A DNA stretch of 64,000 nucleotides from Candidatus Omnitrophota bacterium (lineage in GTDB: Bacteria > Omnitrophota > Gorgyraeia > Velamenicoccales > Velamenicoccaceae): assembly GCA_043819345.1 (NCBI GenBank), contig JBDREX010000009.1:39911-103910 (forward strand). The letters run 5' to 3'. Shown piece after piece: positions 15,001 to 30,000 of this stretch. Positions within the stretch are counted from its first letter, which is position 1. Each line of letters starts with the position of its first letter. The notes under the pieces are model-generated. The model worked only from the letters and a program-made list of their open reading frames with translations, was not told where the DNA came from and searched no databases. The position numbers and the translations under genes are program-made.

Positions 15001-18000
15001 TAATTGTCAAAAGGCTAAAGAATAAAGCACCATATTTATTTATAAAACGCGGATTCCGCGGACGAAAAATAAGCTGTTTATTGTCTTCGAGCCTGATCAT
15101 CCTGCGCTGTCCACAAGAAATCTCATAACTCTTTAAATCTGAATCCGTTAAAATCCAATGAGAAGGCGTTCGCCGCAAAGATGAAGAAGACACCACATCT
15201 GAATTCCGACCATTTTTTTGTGATGGACTGTCTATAAAAGGATCTCTAATAAAATATGAGGGAAACGGCAGGAGAAAAGAAAGAGTTTTTACAATTATGA
15301 GCCATCGGGGCAACCGTTGATAAAGATAGCCTCCCCAAATACTGAATTCAACCGCTTTGTAGCCAGTCTTTTCTAGCTCTTCTTTAGCCATAGCGCGTTT
15401 TGACAATGACAGGTAATACCAGAGCATCTTCCAACCATAAAGCACCGTTAAAACCTCAGATAAAGAAGGCACCTGCCCCTTTTCCAGACACGCGACAAAA
15501 CATAAACCTAAGAACCAAACAACTTTCGCGTTGCGAATATCAAGAGCTATGTCACACATCCGCGGATGCCACTTTTGAAGCTCAGAGAAAGAAAAAAGCT
15601 CTCTTATCTTGCGCTCGCCTAAATCAATAGGTGAAGAATTGTTCTCAATTGCTTGAAAAGTTTTTTCATAATAGGCCTTCCCTCGCCTAATCATGGTCGC
15701 CACAATATCCTGACTGATAGCACTCAGACGCTCATCGTTAATCATAACAGGCCAGCCACAAAGCTCCTCAATAGTCGCCACCTCAGCCCCCTTACTAAGG
15801 TTAACCGGGCCTTTAAAACTACTCACCGAAACCATAGCCTCACTTGCCACAAACACACCATCTTTATTTTTAGACACAAAGAAGCGAATGTTATAATCAA
15901 CTCCTCGATCCGGCACAGGATTCATCCGGCCGACCGCCAAGTCAGTTAAATGCTTAATGAATGAATATGTCCCGCCTGAATTATATCCACCAATCTCCAA
16001 AACACGAAAACCCAGCTGGCCATCATGCTCCTGTGTCAACAAAACATCAAAAGACCCGAAATCCATCCCCTCTTCCACATTCCTTTGATAAACACCATCT
16101 TGAATCATAGCCTCTTTCATAGCTGACATAGCTTTGCTAGCCGCCTGCTCCATTTCCTTTATCAACTGCTTTACTTCAGCACGCCGCTTTCTTAATTCAA
16201 CCGGAGGAGGTGGAATAATTCTCTCCTCAACAATAACATTCCTGCCTGCTAAAAGCATCTCAGCAACAATCTGAGCTTTTTGCGTAAGATTACTTCTTCT
16301 TGAATAAAAAACATTATCCCCACAACAATCATCTATAGGCTTGCAAACAATCTGTTTCAATCCATACCGCCTTAAAAAGCCTTCTAAAAATTGCTCAATG
16401 ACCTGTGTTAAATCATCCGTATAACGATATGGCTCCACATCAATATAGCTAATGCTCTCCCGGCCTTTCTGATGCCATTTCCTAAAAGCCGGGGTTTCCT
16501 TTGCAGCTGGATCCACCAAAAGAGCCATATATTTTGGACAAGGCACGCCAGCGTCTTCTAAAATACAGTGCGAAATAACTTTATCTTCAGAATATTTAAC
16601 AAAATGCACAACATCCACCATGGGCACACCAGATTCAGCAAATCTCTTAAAAGCACGGCTATCCGCATAGACATAAGCCACAGGACAGGGCTTATTAAAC
16701 CTAACAAAAGCTATTCTTCCATCTACAACTCCAACCGCGCACTTAATAAGCGGCACTTGTTTCCCTTCCACTTTCTTAAACGTAACCCATTTAGGATCAT
16801 AGACCCACAAAACATAAGCGCCGGCATGTTTGGCACCTTCCACAAGCGAAGTTAGCCCATTATGGTCAAAATATAAAGCACCATAACGGACAACAGCAAA
16901 TTTCTTATCAGGACCCAAATCGAACGCATCTATAAAAACAGGCCTTCCAAAGCCATGCGCATAAACGTCTTGACAACAGCGCAGATTCCAAAAATTTGAA
17001 GTGCTTATCGCTTTTGTCTGCGAAATTATCTTTTCATCCATCAATCCCGCATCCATCAAATAGCCTCCTGCAACTTCATAATAAAAATCTTTACCAAGAG
17101 TTGCCGCCTTTCTTATGCTATTACGAATCAATATCTGGCCGGGCAAAGACAAGGTCTCTGTTACAAAAAAACGAATAATCGCCCAAGCTTTTGGAATGAA
17201 TGATTTTTTATAAAACTGCCAAACATTGCCTCTCATAAAGCTCTTAACCGACCTTATGTTCCATAGCATTTCCATCCACAAGATGCCTCCAAAGCTTCGT
17301 ACTGTAATCATCTCAAACAAACGCGCTGCCGGAATATCAAAAAACGTAACAATGCCCTCGTGCAACTTATTAATAACTTCATAACCCGGCTTAGGATTAC
17401 TCTTTAGCAAATCAATACATCTGGCCATCGCATAAAATAAAGAAAACTCGGCAACATAACGCAAGCTAAGGGTAAGGCTATCAACTTCTATATCTGCCTG
17501 TAAGTAAAGAGTTCTAAGGGCCAGATAAAATCTTCCGGCATAAATAAGAAAATCCTCATCACAACCTCTGGCAAACTCTAAATAGGATTTAAGGCGATTT
17601 TTCTGTTCCAGATAAGACATATTCAAGAAAGCATTCCTCATGAATTCAGCATAAGCCATACATGGTTTTTCAATAATGCGCATGGCCTCATCATAGCGTT
17701 TCTCTAAAGCAAGGCGTTTAATCATCTTTACTTCATACGAAACTTTAACGCTGGCCGGCGAGCCAACAGAAAACCTGCAAGAAAGACAAACTGTAAGCCG
17801 ATCCAGAAGAAATGACGCTATTAATCCACACCACAAAGGCACCGATCCAAGACCATGCGCCATCCAACCAAAAGCGATCGTTGGTAAACTCCACACTAAC
17901 ACCCAAAAGGCCGGTATCACGGCATAAGCCAGAATAACAGCACTCTTACGCACCAATAAAGAATTAGAAAAGCGCGTCCTGCTCACCAACATCAATAATA

Positions 18001-21000
18001 AAGCGCCCAAATACAACGGAACCTGATCTCTTTCAGAGACACGGCAAAATAACGCGCGATCAATACAGATCTCCTTATCTGCTATACAAAAAAGATCTTC
18101 CCATTTCTTATGCTGAGCCCTATCAAAAGGCCTGAATATCCCGTAATAAGAGTTGAGGGCTCCAATATGGCCGAAAAACTTTGATAGGCGGCGATACACA
18201 ATCACGCTGACAATAGCTGCAAGCAATATAATATTGTTCTTTATAAAAAAAGGTTTAAAGAAAAAGAAACCTGCTGTCATAGCAACTACCAAGAAAACAT
18301 AATAACCTAATACCGTCGTCAACAAACACATCATCCCTTTATCTGTCAGGCGCGCATAAACGCCGGTGTCACTCCTAAAAGTAGAAACAAAAAGTTTTTG
18401 GATTATCTGCTCATCCATATCAATGGGTGAAGACAACTTAATATCTTCTGTTGGCTGCGCTAGGATCTGCTCAATAAGACTTATAGCATACGGCATGGCT
18501 ACTGACATCTTACACCTTAAAGAGCCGTATGTTTCATGCCCGTCCAAAGGCTCATAATCCTGCGGATACGAAGGCTCAATGTCCTGAACAGGCGAAATCC
18601 GTTCAACACGCCTGTTTAACCCAAGAAAAGAAAGATCCCTCAACACTCTGAGCCGCTGAGTTTCCTTCATAACAAAAATAAGGCCGCACTCGGCATAATC
18701 CTCATTCGTGACAACTTGAGGCTTATGTTTGGCGAGAAAAGCGTTTTTATCAAGCGCCTGCCTCAAATAGTCAACATCCTGCGGCGGCTCAAACCCTCTT
18801 GAACGCACCTCAACCTTATCCGAAAAACCAAAAGCAAGCAGCTCTTTTTCAAGCTCATCTTTAGCTAATGGCGATCTTTCCTGATTATGTTTACACATCA
18901 CAAGCACAACTAACGAACTTGAAAAAACAGCTTTTTCCAAATCCTCAGGCACAAAAACAATGCCACCGGCTTTATTAATTAACTGCTTAGCCATGTTAAA
19001 TCTCCCTGTCTGGAGATATAAAATACCCGACTTCAACAAAAGATTTTCAGGAGGAAATTTTTTAAGATAAGCCTTTTCTACGACAGATGTCAAAAGTTCA
19101 ATGGCACGTTTTTCACCCCAGTTAACCCCGTGAATTTTAAAATCATTATCGTCTAGATCATAAAATTCAACCAACTCCCATAACGCGGCTTCTTCAAAAG
19201 ACTTTAGAACATCCGGCATAACATCAAAAAGCTGATCGGCCCAACCTGTAAACAATACCTTGTGCTGAAGATCATAGAGATCATACCGGCCAAATAAAAT
19301 TTTTGAAATATCTAGTGCCTGACAGTAATGCTCAATCGCGTCATGGCAAACAACCTCAAGAAAATATCTGGTCATCATAGGCACAGAAAAACTCTTCATA
19401 AGCCCATTCTGGCTTAAAAAATTATCCTTTCGGCAAAGAACAAGGCTTGTCTCATAATCAACTGTTTCAGCGTTATGCTTCATTAAACTGTGATATAAAG
19501 AATAATGCATGCGCACATCTGCCTGATAATCATAGAAAGCGGCACTACTGGCATATAACTCACCCATTCGTTGATCTGTCTGAAATATTTTATTAAAATA
19601 GAAATTTTTTCTGGCACTAAAATACAATGGAAAGAGATTGAAAAGAGGGAGAAGGAATTCTAATATATAAGGAGGGGCATGATCCTTTAGATGAATCAAG
19701 AATATCGTTAATACGTGATTGACTTTTTCACAAGCAACCTTACCTTGATATACTTGTGTAGCCGCAAAATCATTATCTCGCGATTTTTTTATAGCCAAAA
19801 CAATCTTCAACGATCCTAAACAATTCACACGAGCCCCGAAAACAGGAAATGATTTTTTAGAAAAAGGTGGAACGTCCTTGTTTTGACGGTCAGATAACGG
19901 AGAGCTACCGCCATCTTGATGCTCCAAATCCAATAAATAATTTCTCTCTCTAGCCCGCACCTCCTCCTGTTGTTGCACTTTCAGGTAGATGCTCTCAATA
20001 TACTTCTCAACCTGTTTTGGCAATAAACCAGATTCCCGAATAATATCAGACAATTCAGTCCCATACGTCTTGATAATTGCTAACTCATCCTCATGTAAAT
20101 GATCTTTAACAGACAAGAACTCCTCTAGGGTTAATATCGCTTCATTAATATAAATTTCCTCTCTGACTCTTGAGGCCTTCTTTCTGGAGACCATAATAAG
20201 CGGCTCATTAATTTTTTGTAGGTGCTTATTCACCGCAAGTAAAGCCCTTCTGAGTTTCTTGACATCCAGGGAGACCTCCTTGGCTAGAGCCTCTACACTG
20301 TTCCATTCAAAACTCTTAAGCTCCCTACCTCTAAAAACAGCCCACTGACAGAGCACAACCACTTCCCTTCTGATGGAACAGACAATTTCTTCTCTCTTTT
20401 GCTCAAGAAGCAAACAATTAACCTGATCAATATGAACAGATACAGTTCCCGCGCTAATAAGGGCCTGCAAAGCAATGTCCTTCTGACATATAATAAGCTT
20501 CTTCTGTTCTGGAGAACGCTCAATAGCCCACCTATACAACCTATAAAAACCATCATCTTCATGGACAGAAACACCTTTTTTCTTATTCCGTAGCATCTGC
20601 CTATTGACAGCAGACAAGTTCCTTCGCACAGCCTTAACGGGAATTTTTAAAACTTTCGCGATATCAACCGGAGCCCATAAACGCACGCCATTTTTAGAGC
20701 TTTCTTTAACGCCCCACCTATAGATCAAATTAAAATAATACTTTGGATCCTTTATTTTAATTTCAGAAAACCCTTCCCGCACAAGGGCTTTGTTCACTTT
20801 CGGCAGCTGAACAGAAACGGTCGTATCATTCAACTTAAGTTCTCGCGCCAAATTGATTTGTGTCCACCTCTTATAGACCTCTGTACTTTTTCTTTCTTTA
20901 GCCCATTGAAATAATTTTGCAAAAGTTTCACTCTTAGATAAAGAAATAAGGATGGGGCTGCGGCCCTCACTCAAAAGCCGATTATTAACCTTATTAAACT

Positions 21001-24000
21001 GACCTATCAAACCCGTATAACCCAACCCTAAGTGACTGGCCAAAGCCTTTTTAGACCATCGTATCAACTCCTCTTCAGGCCCCCTATTAATGGCCCACTG
21101 ATAAATAATCTTAAAAATCTCGCTTAAAAAAGAAGCATCATCCAGCTCTTCAATCTCAATCACATGTAATCCCTCAAGGCCTGCCTGAAAACACATTCGG
21201 CTCGTGCTGCTTTGAGGAGCCGCAGAAGAACTTTCAGATATAGATTGTTCCATCTTCTTCTTATCTTGATACTCAGACAATGGGGAAGATAGCAAAAAGC
21301 TCTTTTCCGAACATTCTAAATAACCTAAATCTTTATTATCTAAATTTGTTTTTTTCAAAACAACCATTTTTGCCAGATTGCCATAGTTACCTATGTTGTT
21401 GAACTTAGAATAAAAAAGCCCTTCTAATACGTCTCTCTGCTTATTAAAAGTAGGACAGAACCTTGACCTACGGATATTTGAAAAAATCTCTTGTTCTTGA
21501 CTATTAAACTCATGCCTACCCAACCCTGCAATGAAAAAACCACCAAAAGACAGAGCCGCATAAATAGCATTAAGGTTATCAATGGTATAAAACATTTTTG
21601 GTGTTGAGAAATCGGGCTGCGAATTGATCTTTATAGCAATATCAATTGTTCCGGTTTTTCTATGCAGATAATCAGCGATACTATCTATAATCTCAAGCTC
21701 TATGTCAAACCGGAACAAATCCCGAAAGTCTTGAGCAAATGTCAAAAGAGGAGGATATTGTGTCACAGCACGAATACCAACCGAATCCCCCAGTGCTTTC
21801 TCAAGCGTTCGCTGAAGTGGCAACCCATAACAAAAAATACCACATTCCACATCTAAAACATTTTTCACCCTTTCTGCAGCAACACTTTCTCCGCCATGTT
21901 CAAGCGCAATTCTTATGTTTTCGGCAAACTTCGTCATTTCGCAAAATGTATCAACGATCATTTCAGCACGTTTCTCACTTGTTTGAGCATCTTTCATCAC
22001 AATGGTTGAGTAAAAATTCTTAAACCCCGGTGAATTTAAAAAATCATACCGGGTTAAGCCAGCAAGCAAACTGCAACCCAACGGCTGCATTTTTTGCATA
22101 GTAGCTTCTTTTAAAGAAGGATTTCGGGTTATCCAAGAAGGCAAATAAGGGACTAACATATATCTAAACGAATCATTATCGTTTATAGGAGAACTGCCAA
22201 TAACACAGCTCTTAGACGCAAGAAGGCTACTGGATGAAAGTTCTGAAAAAACGTGCATAAGCACCTGTGGAAAAATCACCGCAAAATTATCTATATCTTC
22301 ACTATTAAAAGAAATTTCCAAAATACCATAACGCCTATTCAACGTTAATCTCGTAGGATAATTATCATCCACAACAAGGCTAATCAAGCGAAGCCCTCTT
22401 TTAAAAAGCCCAAAATAATCACTCAAGACTTCCTCTTGGCCTTGTAATACAATAAAATCCGCGTGCCTTTCTTTAAAAATAGGATCAATCAATCTATGAG
22501 GAATATTTGAGAACACTAATAACTCATTTGAAATCTCCTTAATTGTATGGATAGAAAGATTTTCATATCCTGCTTTAAGCATATGCCTTTTTGCTAATTC
22601 TAAAATATGTTTCGAATGAGGAAAAAATCCCAGGCTCCAATAAAAAGAAAACGCGCCACTTTCTTGGGCTTCCCGATTATTAACCTGCTGCGGCACAATA
22701 AACAATTCATCCAGGCCAAAACTCAAATGGGCCTGCAGTAAGGAATAGATGCGATAGCGAAACACATCTTTACTTAAACCAATTCTCATTTCAGGAAAAA
22801 CATAAAAGTCCAACAAGGCTTCTTTCTTGTGACGGACAAGAAGACGATACCCCCCATACCCAAAAGGAATATCCAGGCCGCGATGATTTAAAACATAAAG
22901 TTCCGCTATATAAGGTGTCATCTGTTCTTTAGAAACAACGAAAAACCGGAATATCTTTAAAACAGAATCATACTGTAATTGAATCTGGCTCATAAATACA
23001 TTTCTGGAATCAAGCATAAACATCCAGGAAAACACTCTGTTGTGAAGAAAAAGAGATTTCTGAAATAAAAGTATGCGCTCTGCTGCTTCCCCGTTTGAAA
23101 CTTTTACGCACCCTTGCCGAAAACTTTCAGAGAGCGCCTCTAATTGCAAATGTGCTTTTGCAAGATCAAGATCTTTAAACTTTTTAAAAACTGTCTCACT
23201 CTGACAGACTTTCGCAAACTGCAATAGAACATTCGCTGAATATTCCCGTATCGCATTAGAAATATAATCTGAACCCTCAAAAACTCTTTTTTTCATTCTC
23301 TGCCATTCATATTCTTGCTTCTTAGCCATAGCCTTATCAAAAATCTCCTGACAAGAAACTAATATCCTCAATAAATCGTTTTCTCTCAATGTCCCGCCTT
23401 GAAAAATCGGATACAACAACATACGCTTTGCCTGATTCAAGCTATCCTGCTTCTGTAAAAGCCTATCCCCGATTCGCGCAAGCTCCGTTGGAGTAAATTG
23501 CCACATCTTTAACGAAGTTCTGCTCAAAAGTTTAATCACCGCAGAAGAACAGACGTCCATCCTTACAAAGCCTTTTCTTGTTTCCAAAAACACCTGCGCT
23601 GGATCATATAAAAACTCATATTCATTTTTAAGAACATTCTCCCTACAAAAATAAGCAACATTAGACAACCGAGGCAGACGGACTTGAAATAAATCCTTAA
23701 GCTCAAATTTAACAATCTCAGGAAATTCACTCCGGGACGATAAACGCCAGCTCTCCACATAGATATATTGAGGGTCTTCGCCTTTTAGGTTTTTTTCAAG
23801 CCATATATCTGTTGCCTGGAACCGGTTCAACCAATCATGAAAAGCATTTGCTGCGACATAAACATATCTTTCATCATATTCCCTCCTGAGCAACATAATA
23901 ATACGCAGGTACTTTATAATCGCCTCTTTAATAAACTGCCGCCCTGCACTACGCACCTGCTTACTACAAATAATGATCTCTTCCGGCGTAAATAGATCCT

Positions 24001-27000
24001 CATCAGGTTTTATAGCTTCGCCCTGTGCGTATTTTCTTTGCAGAGCCCGGGTCACAGAATCACCTAAATACTCCTTTTGGAACTGATCCAGATATAAAAG
24101 TCGCTCCAACGTTCTTTTTGCTGACTTTTTAAACCCTATTTCCAAAAACTGATCCACAGCACATACAACAGCTTTAATCATGGCCAAACCACCCCAATCC
24201 ACCATAGGCGCATACTTATAGGTTTCAACAGACAGAAAACGATAATTGATCGCGTGCCAATCGTAATTCAATTCCAAAAACAATGAAGCCATGTCTCCAA
24301 AATCTTGAGCCAATTCAAAGATAAGATTTTGATTATGCGGCCCGTGTTCCTTATCAATGCAGTTAAGCAAATGAATATCTTTCTTCAATAATAAATAAGC
24401 GGCTCTGTCCCGCACATTATCCGGCGGAAAGTCCATGTAAATTTTCCAAGCATTAGTCTGCCTCATTAAATGATCCCGCACAGTCTCCCTGTCTTCCCCA
24501 GAAAGCCCCTCTAAAAAAGCTATCCCTGGCCGATAATCAAATCTTCTTTTTTCGTCCAGATGACGCATATAGAAACCAATCTTCTTCACCATATCTTCGG
24601 GATTAAAAATCTGGCTAGCGGGCCAATGGACAGCTTTCAAAAACAACGGAAAAGCTTCAATATGGCCATCCGAAAAAATTGTCTTTAACGTAATAATCCC
24701 CCGAATAAAACTCATCGCCCTAATATATTTTAAATGATATTTTCTATATAATTCTCTTTCCTGTACGATGAGTGCAAAAGCGCGCTTTAAATCATCTAGA
24801 GCCTTATTATCCAACCCAAAATTATACCGGGCCTTTGCTCTTTCGTAATAGAGCGAAGCCTTCTCTTTTAAACCAGCCTCTTCTTGCATTCGCTGTGTCA
24901 AAACGCTTATCCTTGTTTTAAACCGAAACCTTCTCAACACCTTTTGATGATTTAATGAAATTCGCAATACGTCAATTAAGGCTGCTTCCTGTTTATCCAT
25001 ATGAAAACCTTTAACGTATGGCACAAGACTATCATGCAGAAAACCAAAAATAATAGAGACGTCTTCATTGCCTTCAAAATCGGAATTCGTATATTCATAA
25101 AGCCAATCACGGACCCATCCTTTTTCATGAGGTGCACCAATACCACACTGATTCATAAGCTCTTGCTCTATCGTGCTAAATTCAGCTTTCCTCTGAGCAT
25201 TACAAAGCCTGGCTCTATATTTTCCCCCGCAACAAACAGCTAGCAAACCTAAAGCGACCGCCTCCGGAGCCCGGCCAGCCCCTATAATCATATGAATCTG
25301 GCCTAAAGCAAGCCCGACACCTGCCGAAACCTCACCGTGCTTGCGTAGTGTTAAATGCCCATTGACATAAACCCCTTTAGGATCTATGGCCAACCTTTTT
25401 TCCATCAGCTTTAAATCATCTGTTTCAACACTCATCAGTTTAGCCAGCTTCCTGATATCGGCAAAATGCCTGGAACGCCAGAGAATATCAATTTTGATCG
25501 CCTTCATACCGCAACCCAATTTTTGAGCCACCCGCTGGACTGTGCCAACAATATCGTCCAAATCCAGCTCAACCCCTTCTGCCCCTGGACAAACAACAAT
25601 TTTATCCATATAATTACCATCAGAAACAGACGGAAACTTATCGCCCTTAACAACAATCAAAACAACCTCGCCGCCACGGGCTGTCGGCGACATAATCACC
25701 CAGGACTGCTCAATAGGATCATAATAAACTTTTAGTTCTTCTGCCCCTTCTCCAAATTTTTCCTGTGCTTTGGCCCCTCCAGAGAGCGCATGCCGTTCCC
25801 TCTCGGGATTTTTTACAACCAAAGTCGTATTTGTCCTTTCAGCAAAATGTTTAAGTTTCGTTTCAACCTGGCGAATCATTTCTTTGTTAGCCTCCATAAC
25901 CAGATAAGGGCTATCTACTATTTGAGCCGCCTGCCATTTACCTATATGCACTCCGGTTTCCGCGATAAGCTCTTCCAATAAAGGATTATATTTATCCAAC
26001 GGCTGTTCTTTTTTCTCATAAATACCAGGCAAAAACAACTTCGTCCTAACGCTATCAATGCTATCAAGCCAATAGTCCGCGCCCGCCTCAAAACATTTTC
26101 TAGCACACAAACACACCTGCCGCTGCACCAAAGTATTATTTGCACGGCGAAAAGATGGCCAATGGTTTCTTTCGTTTCGGCCCACATGAGCCTTCATCCA
26201 AATGGGACTGGAAACCAAGTTCGTTTCAATAAGGCCTGCTACCTGTTTTTTTATCAAATCATATTTTCTTTTGTGGACTTCTAATAGTTTGGCCGTTGTA
26301 ACAAAAGATCCAAAAAGCGCCTGAGAAGTCCTCTCGTCATTACCAAAATAGATAAAGCTTCTATTGCTTCTCTCAATAGGAACACATTTCGTTTTCCTAT
26401 AAAGCTCAACACTCAACTCCATTTTTTGCTGAACAGATAAATCCCAATAGCCAGGCTTTCCAATTCTGCTGAAAAATGCAGAACTAATCCTATAAATTTT
26501 TCCAAAGTCAGCGGCTGATTTATATTGGGTCAGAAAATACTCAACAACATAATAAGCGGCCGCTTTTTGCTCAAGAGAATAGGCCTGCATCTTCTGCAAC
26601 AACTCATAGGCAAAACAACCGAATTCCTGCAGCTTTTTCCTTTTTTGTACTTCCTGAACCACAAAAGAAACTATCTCCTCTTGCGAAGAATCAAGTCTTA
26701 TTGCTAAAACTCCTCTGTTTTGGAAAGCCTCTTTCTGATTAGTGTAGCGCGGAAAAAAATGCATTGAAAAACTAAGTCTATAACTCTCCTCACGAAAAAA
26801 CTGTCCCAGCCGGGCCTTTATGAGCGCAACAAAACGAAATCGTTCTTCTTCATTGCCTATATCTTGTAAATAACCTGCCTTTTCCTGAGGATTTAACAAG
26901 TCTAATAACGGCCTCAACACGAAATCTTTGAATTCTTCCATAAGGGATTTTTGATCTTTTAAATAAGTCATTGCCATGATGTGGGCCATAATCAACAAAC

Positions 27001-30000
27001 TTAACTTTCTCGTATAGGCCCAGTCTGCAGCAGACTGAAAAAGAGCGGACAAACGAATGAAGAATATTTCTATATCAAAACCTCTTAAATAACAAATAAT
27101 ATCTGCCAATCCTACATTTCCATTTTTTTCGTTAAGCGCATACAAGAGGGCTGAATACTCTAAAACCGGATCTTTGTGTGTTAAGCCCACAACGCATACC
27201 CCCTGTTTTTCAGCCGTCTTTTTAAAATGTAAAATTTGCAAACGCAACTGCTGGATTTCCTGACTAAGTTTATTCTGATGAAACGTAATCCGCCTCCATA
27301 GCAAAGAAAGTTCCGACATCTGTGAATCCAGTTGGCTAAAACACGTTAAACATATTTCTTCTTGCTGGCTAAAACCAGCCAATTCCTGCTCTATTCCATT
27401 TAGTATATCCTCTAATTCCTTTACTCGCTGTTGCTGCCCCATAGATGCCAAAAACAACCGAACCTTTTGAATGGCCTCAGCCAACTTTTCCTGATATCCA
27501 TGATACAGCTCAATAGGGTGATTGGAAAAAGCGGCCATTTCAAACAATAACGAATTTTTACCGGCCTTTTGAACTTTGACCAAATCCGAAATCATCAATA
27601 ATGTATTATCTTCCCGCAAACATAGAAGACTGAAAAAACCAATATTTTCCTTTTCAAGAAGACACTCTTTGATCCATCCAAACAATGGAACATGAACACT
27701 TGAAACATTTTTTCTAAGCATTTTTTTAACTAACTGGCTTCGCTGAGCCAGCTCTTCGTCAATTCTTAATAAGCTTTTTTTCTTTTGTGAAATCAATGCC
27801 GACAAAACGGCTATACGTTTTTTCCACAAAAAAAGCTCATTCTTTAAGCGAAGCAAAAAATCTCTTTCGCGAATAAAATCTGCCTTGGTTTTTTCTACAC
27901 TATCCCAAGCCCCTCTTATGGCCTCTTCAACGGGTTTCAAAAGATCCCTTTTATCTTCCAATATCCGTTTTAGGCGGTTCATCCTAAGGACTTCCATTAA
28001 TACCTCCGGGCCAAAATCAGGCAAAATCATCTTTCCATCTTCACGCCCCTTATCCATCAACAAAACTAAAACACCATCCCGATAGCCAGCCCCTGTCGGA
28101 TATTCTTTTCTGGCAAAGACCACTTTCGTCCTCCCGGCAAAATAACGGACAACCACATATGTTCCATCTTGAATCCAGGCTGACCTCACGACAGGGTATG
28201 AGAGGAAAAACTTACCATCGCCATCATACAAGAAACTATCTTCTGCCAGCTGATCCCTGTTGGGTAACTCACACAAAGGGTCGCAACCAAGAAACTCGGC
28301 AATTTGGCGGTCTAAATCAGCATCTTGAGAAATATCAAAAATCAAGTCACGGCCATTTCTATCTGTAATATCTTCACCTTTCTGGTCTTTCATATACCAC
28401 ATAAGACTCGGCGAACCTTTGCAAATCTTTATAGCCACTGAGGCTTTTGGATATTTCCCAACAGTCCTTCGTATACCACATTCGCTCACTAAACCAATTG
28501 AATCTGAAGATGTATATAAAATATAACTTTTCTCCACATCTACATATTCATCCCTCCAATTCAAATATGTGTTAATTAGTTTTTTCTTAGGGTTAAAATT
28601 TTTCACATCCCCTTCCTCTAAAACTTCGTATAATTTACTAATCCTTTTTGACTCCCACTTCAATCCATCACGAGACACTTTAACTTCCGTAAAAAATATC
28701 TTTCCGTCCGGATTACGCTCAATCTTCTGCATGTGACAGAATGAATAATCTTTTCCAAAAACATAATGAGCCCTACCCCCCAGATTCAAAAATCCCAGAT
28801 CCCCCAATGTAAACCACCGTACCTGATGATCCGGCGTTAATAGATGGTCTTTTTCTTTTAAATTCGCCTCAAAAGCGATACCCCTCTTTTGAGAACAGCT
28901 GTAAATAATTGAAAACCTCCTATCCTGTTCCTGCAGTAGATCCGTGCAACGGCTAACAATGCCCTGATCAAATTGAAGAATGACAAAAAGGTAAGGAATA
29001 TCTCCATAATGCATCGTCCACAACCCTTTCTTATTCTGAGGCAACTGGCCGTCTATACCGGGTTTGCCTACTATCTGCAGTCGCATATTCTGCGATAAAC
29101 AGGCAATTGTTGCGCAATGATTCCGCCCTGTTAAAACAGAAAAAGATAAATCACCATTAAAATGGTGGCGGGAGCCTTCTTGCGACATATCCAATGAGCC
29201 GGTTAAAACATCCACAAAAGGGAAAATAAGGCTTTCCCCGGGATTCCTGGCTAAACCGCTCATTGGAAACGCAACACTTTTGTTTTGTATATATTTTTCA
29301 CTAAGCAAGCCCTGAATCGTCCGTCCATAATTGCCAAAAATCTCTGAAGCTTGATTCTGACGCAAGAGTAATAAAACGATAGCCATATGAAAACACCCGC
29401 AAGAAAGAAGAAAATTATTATGAAGACCTTTATCATCAATCAAGGCCTCCTTCAGTGCCTTGGCTGAATTTTCAGGATCAACAGCAAGGACTTCTTCAAC
29501 CAAAGAGCGTTTTTCTGCTTCATCACCTGTCATAAACTCTTTCCATAGCGCAATATTATTTGCCTCAACAGAACTACTCACGTCTGATTCTAAACCTGCT
29601 TTCAATTCCTCATAATTCAGGCAACAAGCCGATCCAAATTTGCCTGTCTTCAATACCTTTTTAGCGCTTCGTATTCTTTCAAGAAAAGATGGATGACCAG
29701 ATCCCCACACTATTTCAAACCAGGACGGTTCTAAAACATTAGTGTCTAAGACAACAAGTTTTTTCATCACTGAAATAAAAGCATGCGCATCGGCAGATAT
29801 AGATAAAGCATATTTATCAGCAGCCCGCTCTCCTTTCCTGCAAACATACTTCTCAAATAGTTCATACAATAACGACACAGGCAAAAACAGAAAACAAAAC
29901 CCTAGTAAAGCCGCATGAGTTGAAAATATTTCTATTTGAAAGATAGGCGGCAACCAGGCTGATCGCAGTAACAAAGAAAAAAGATATAACTGAACCCCAT

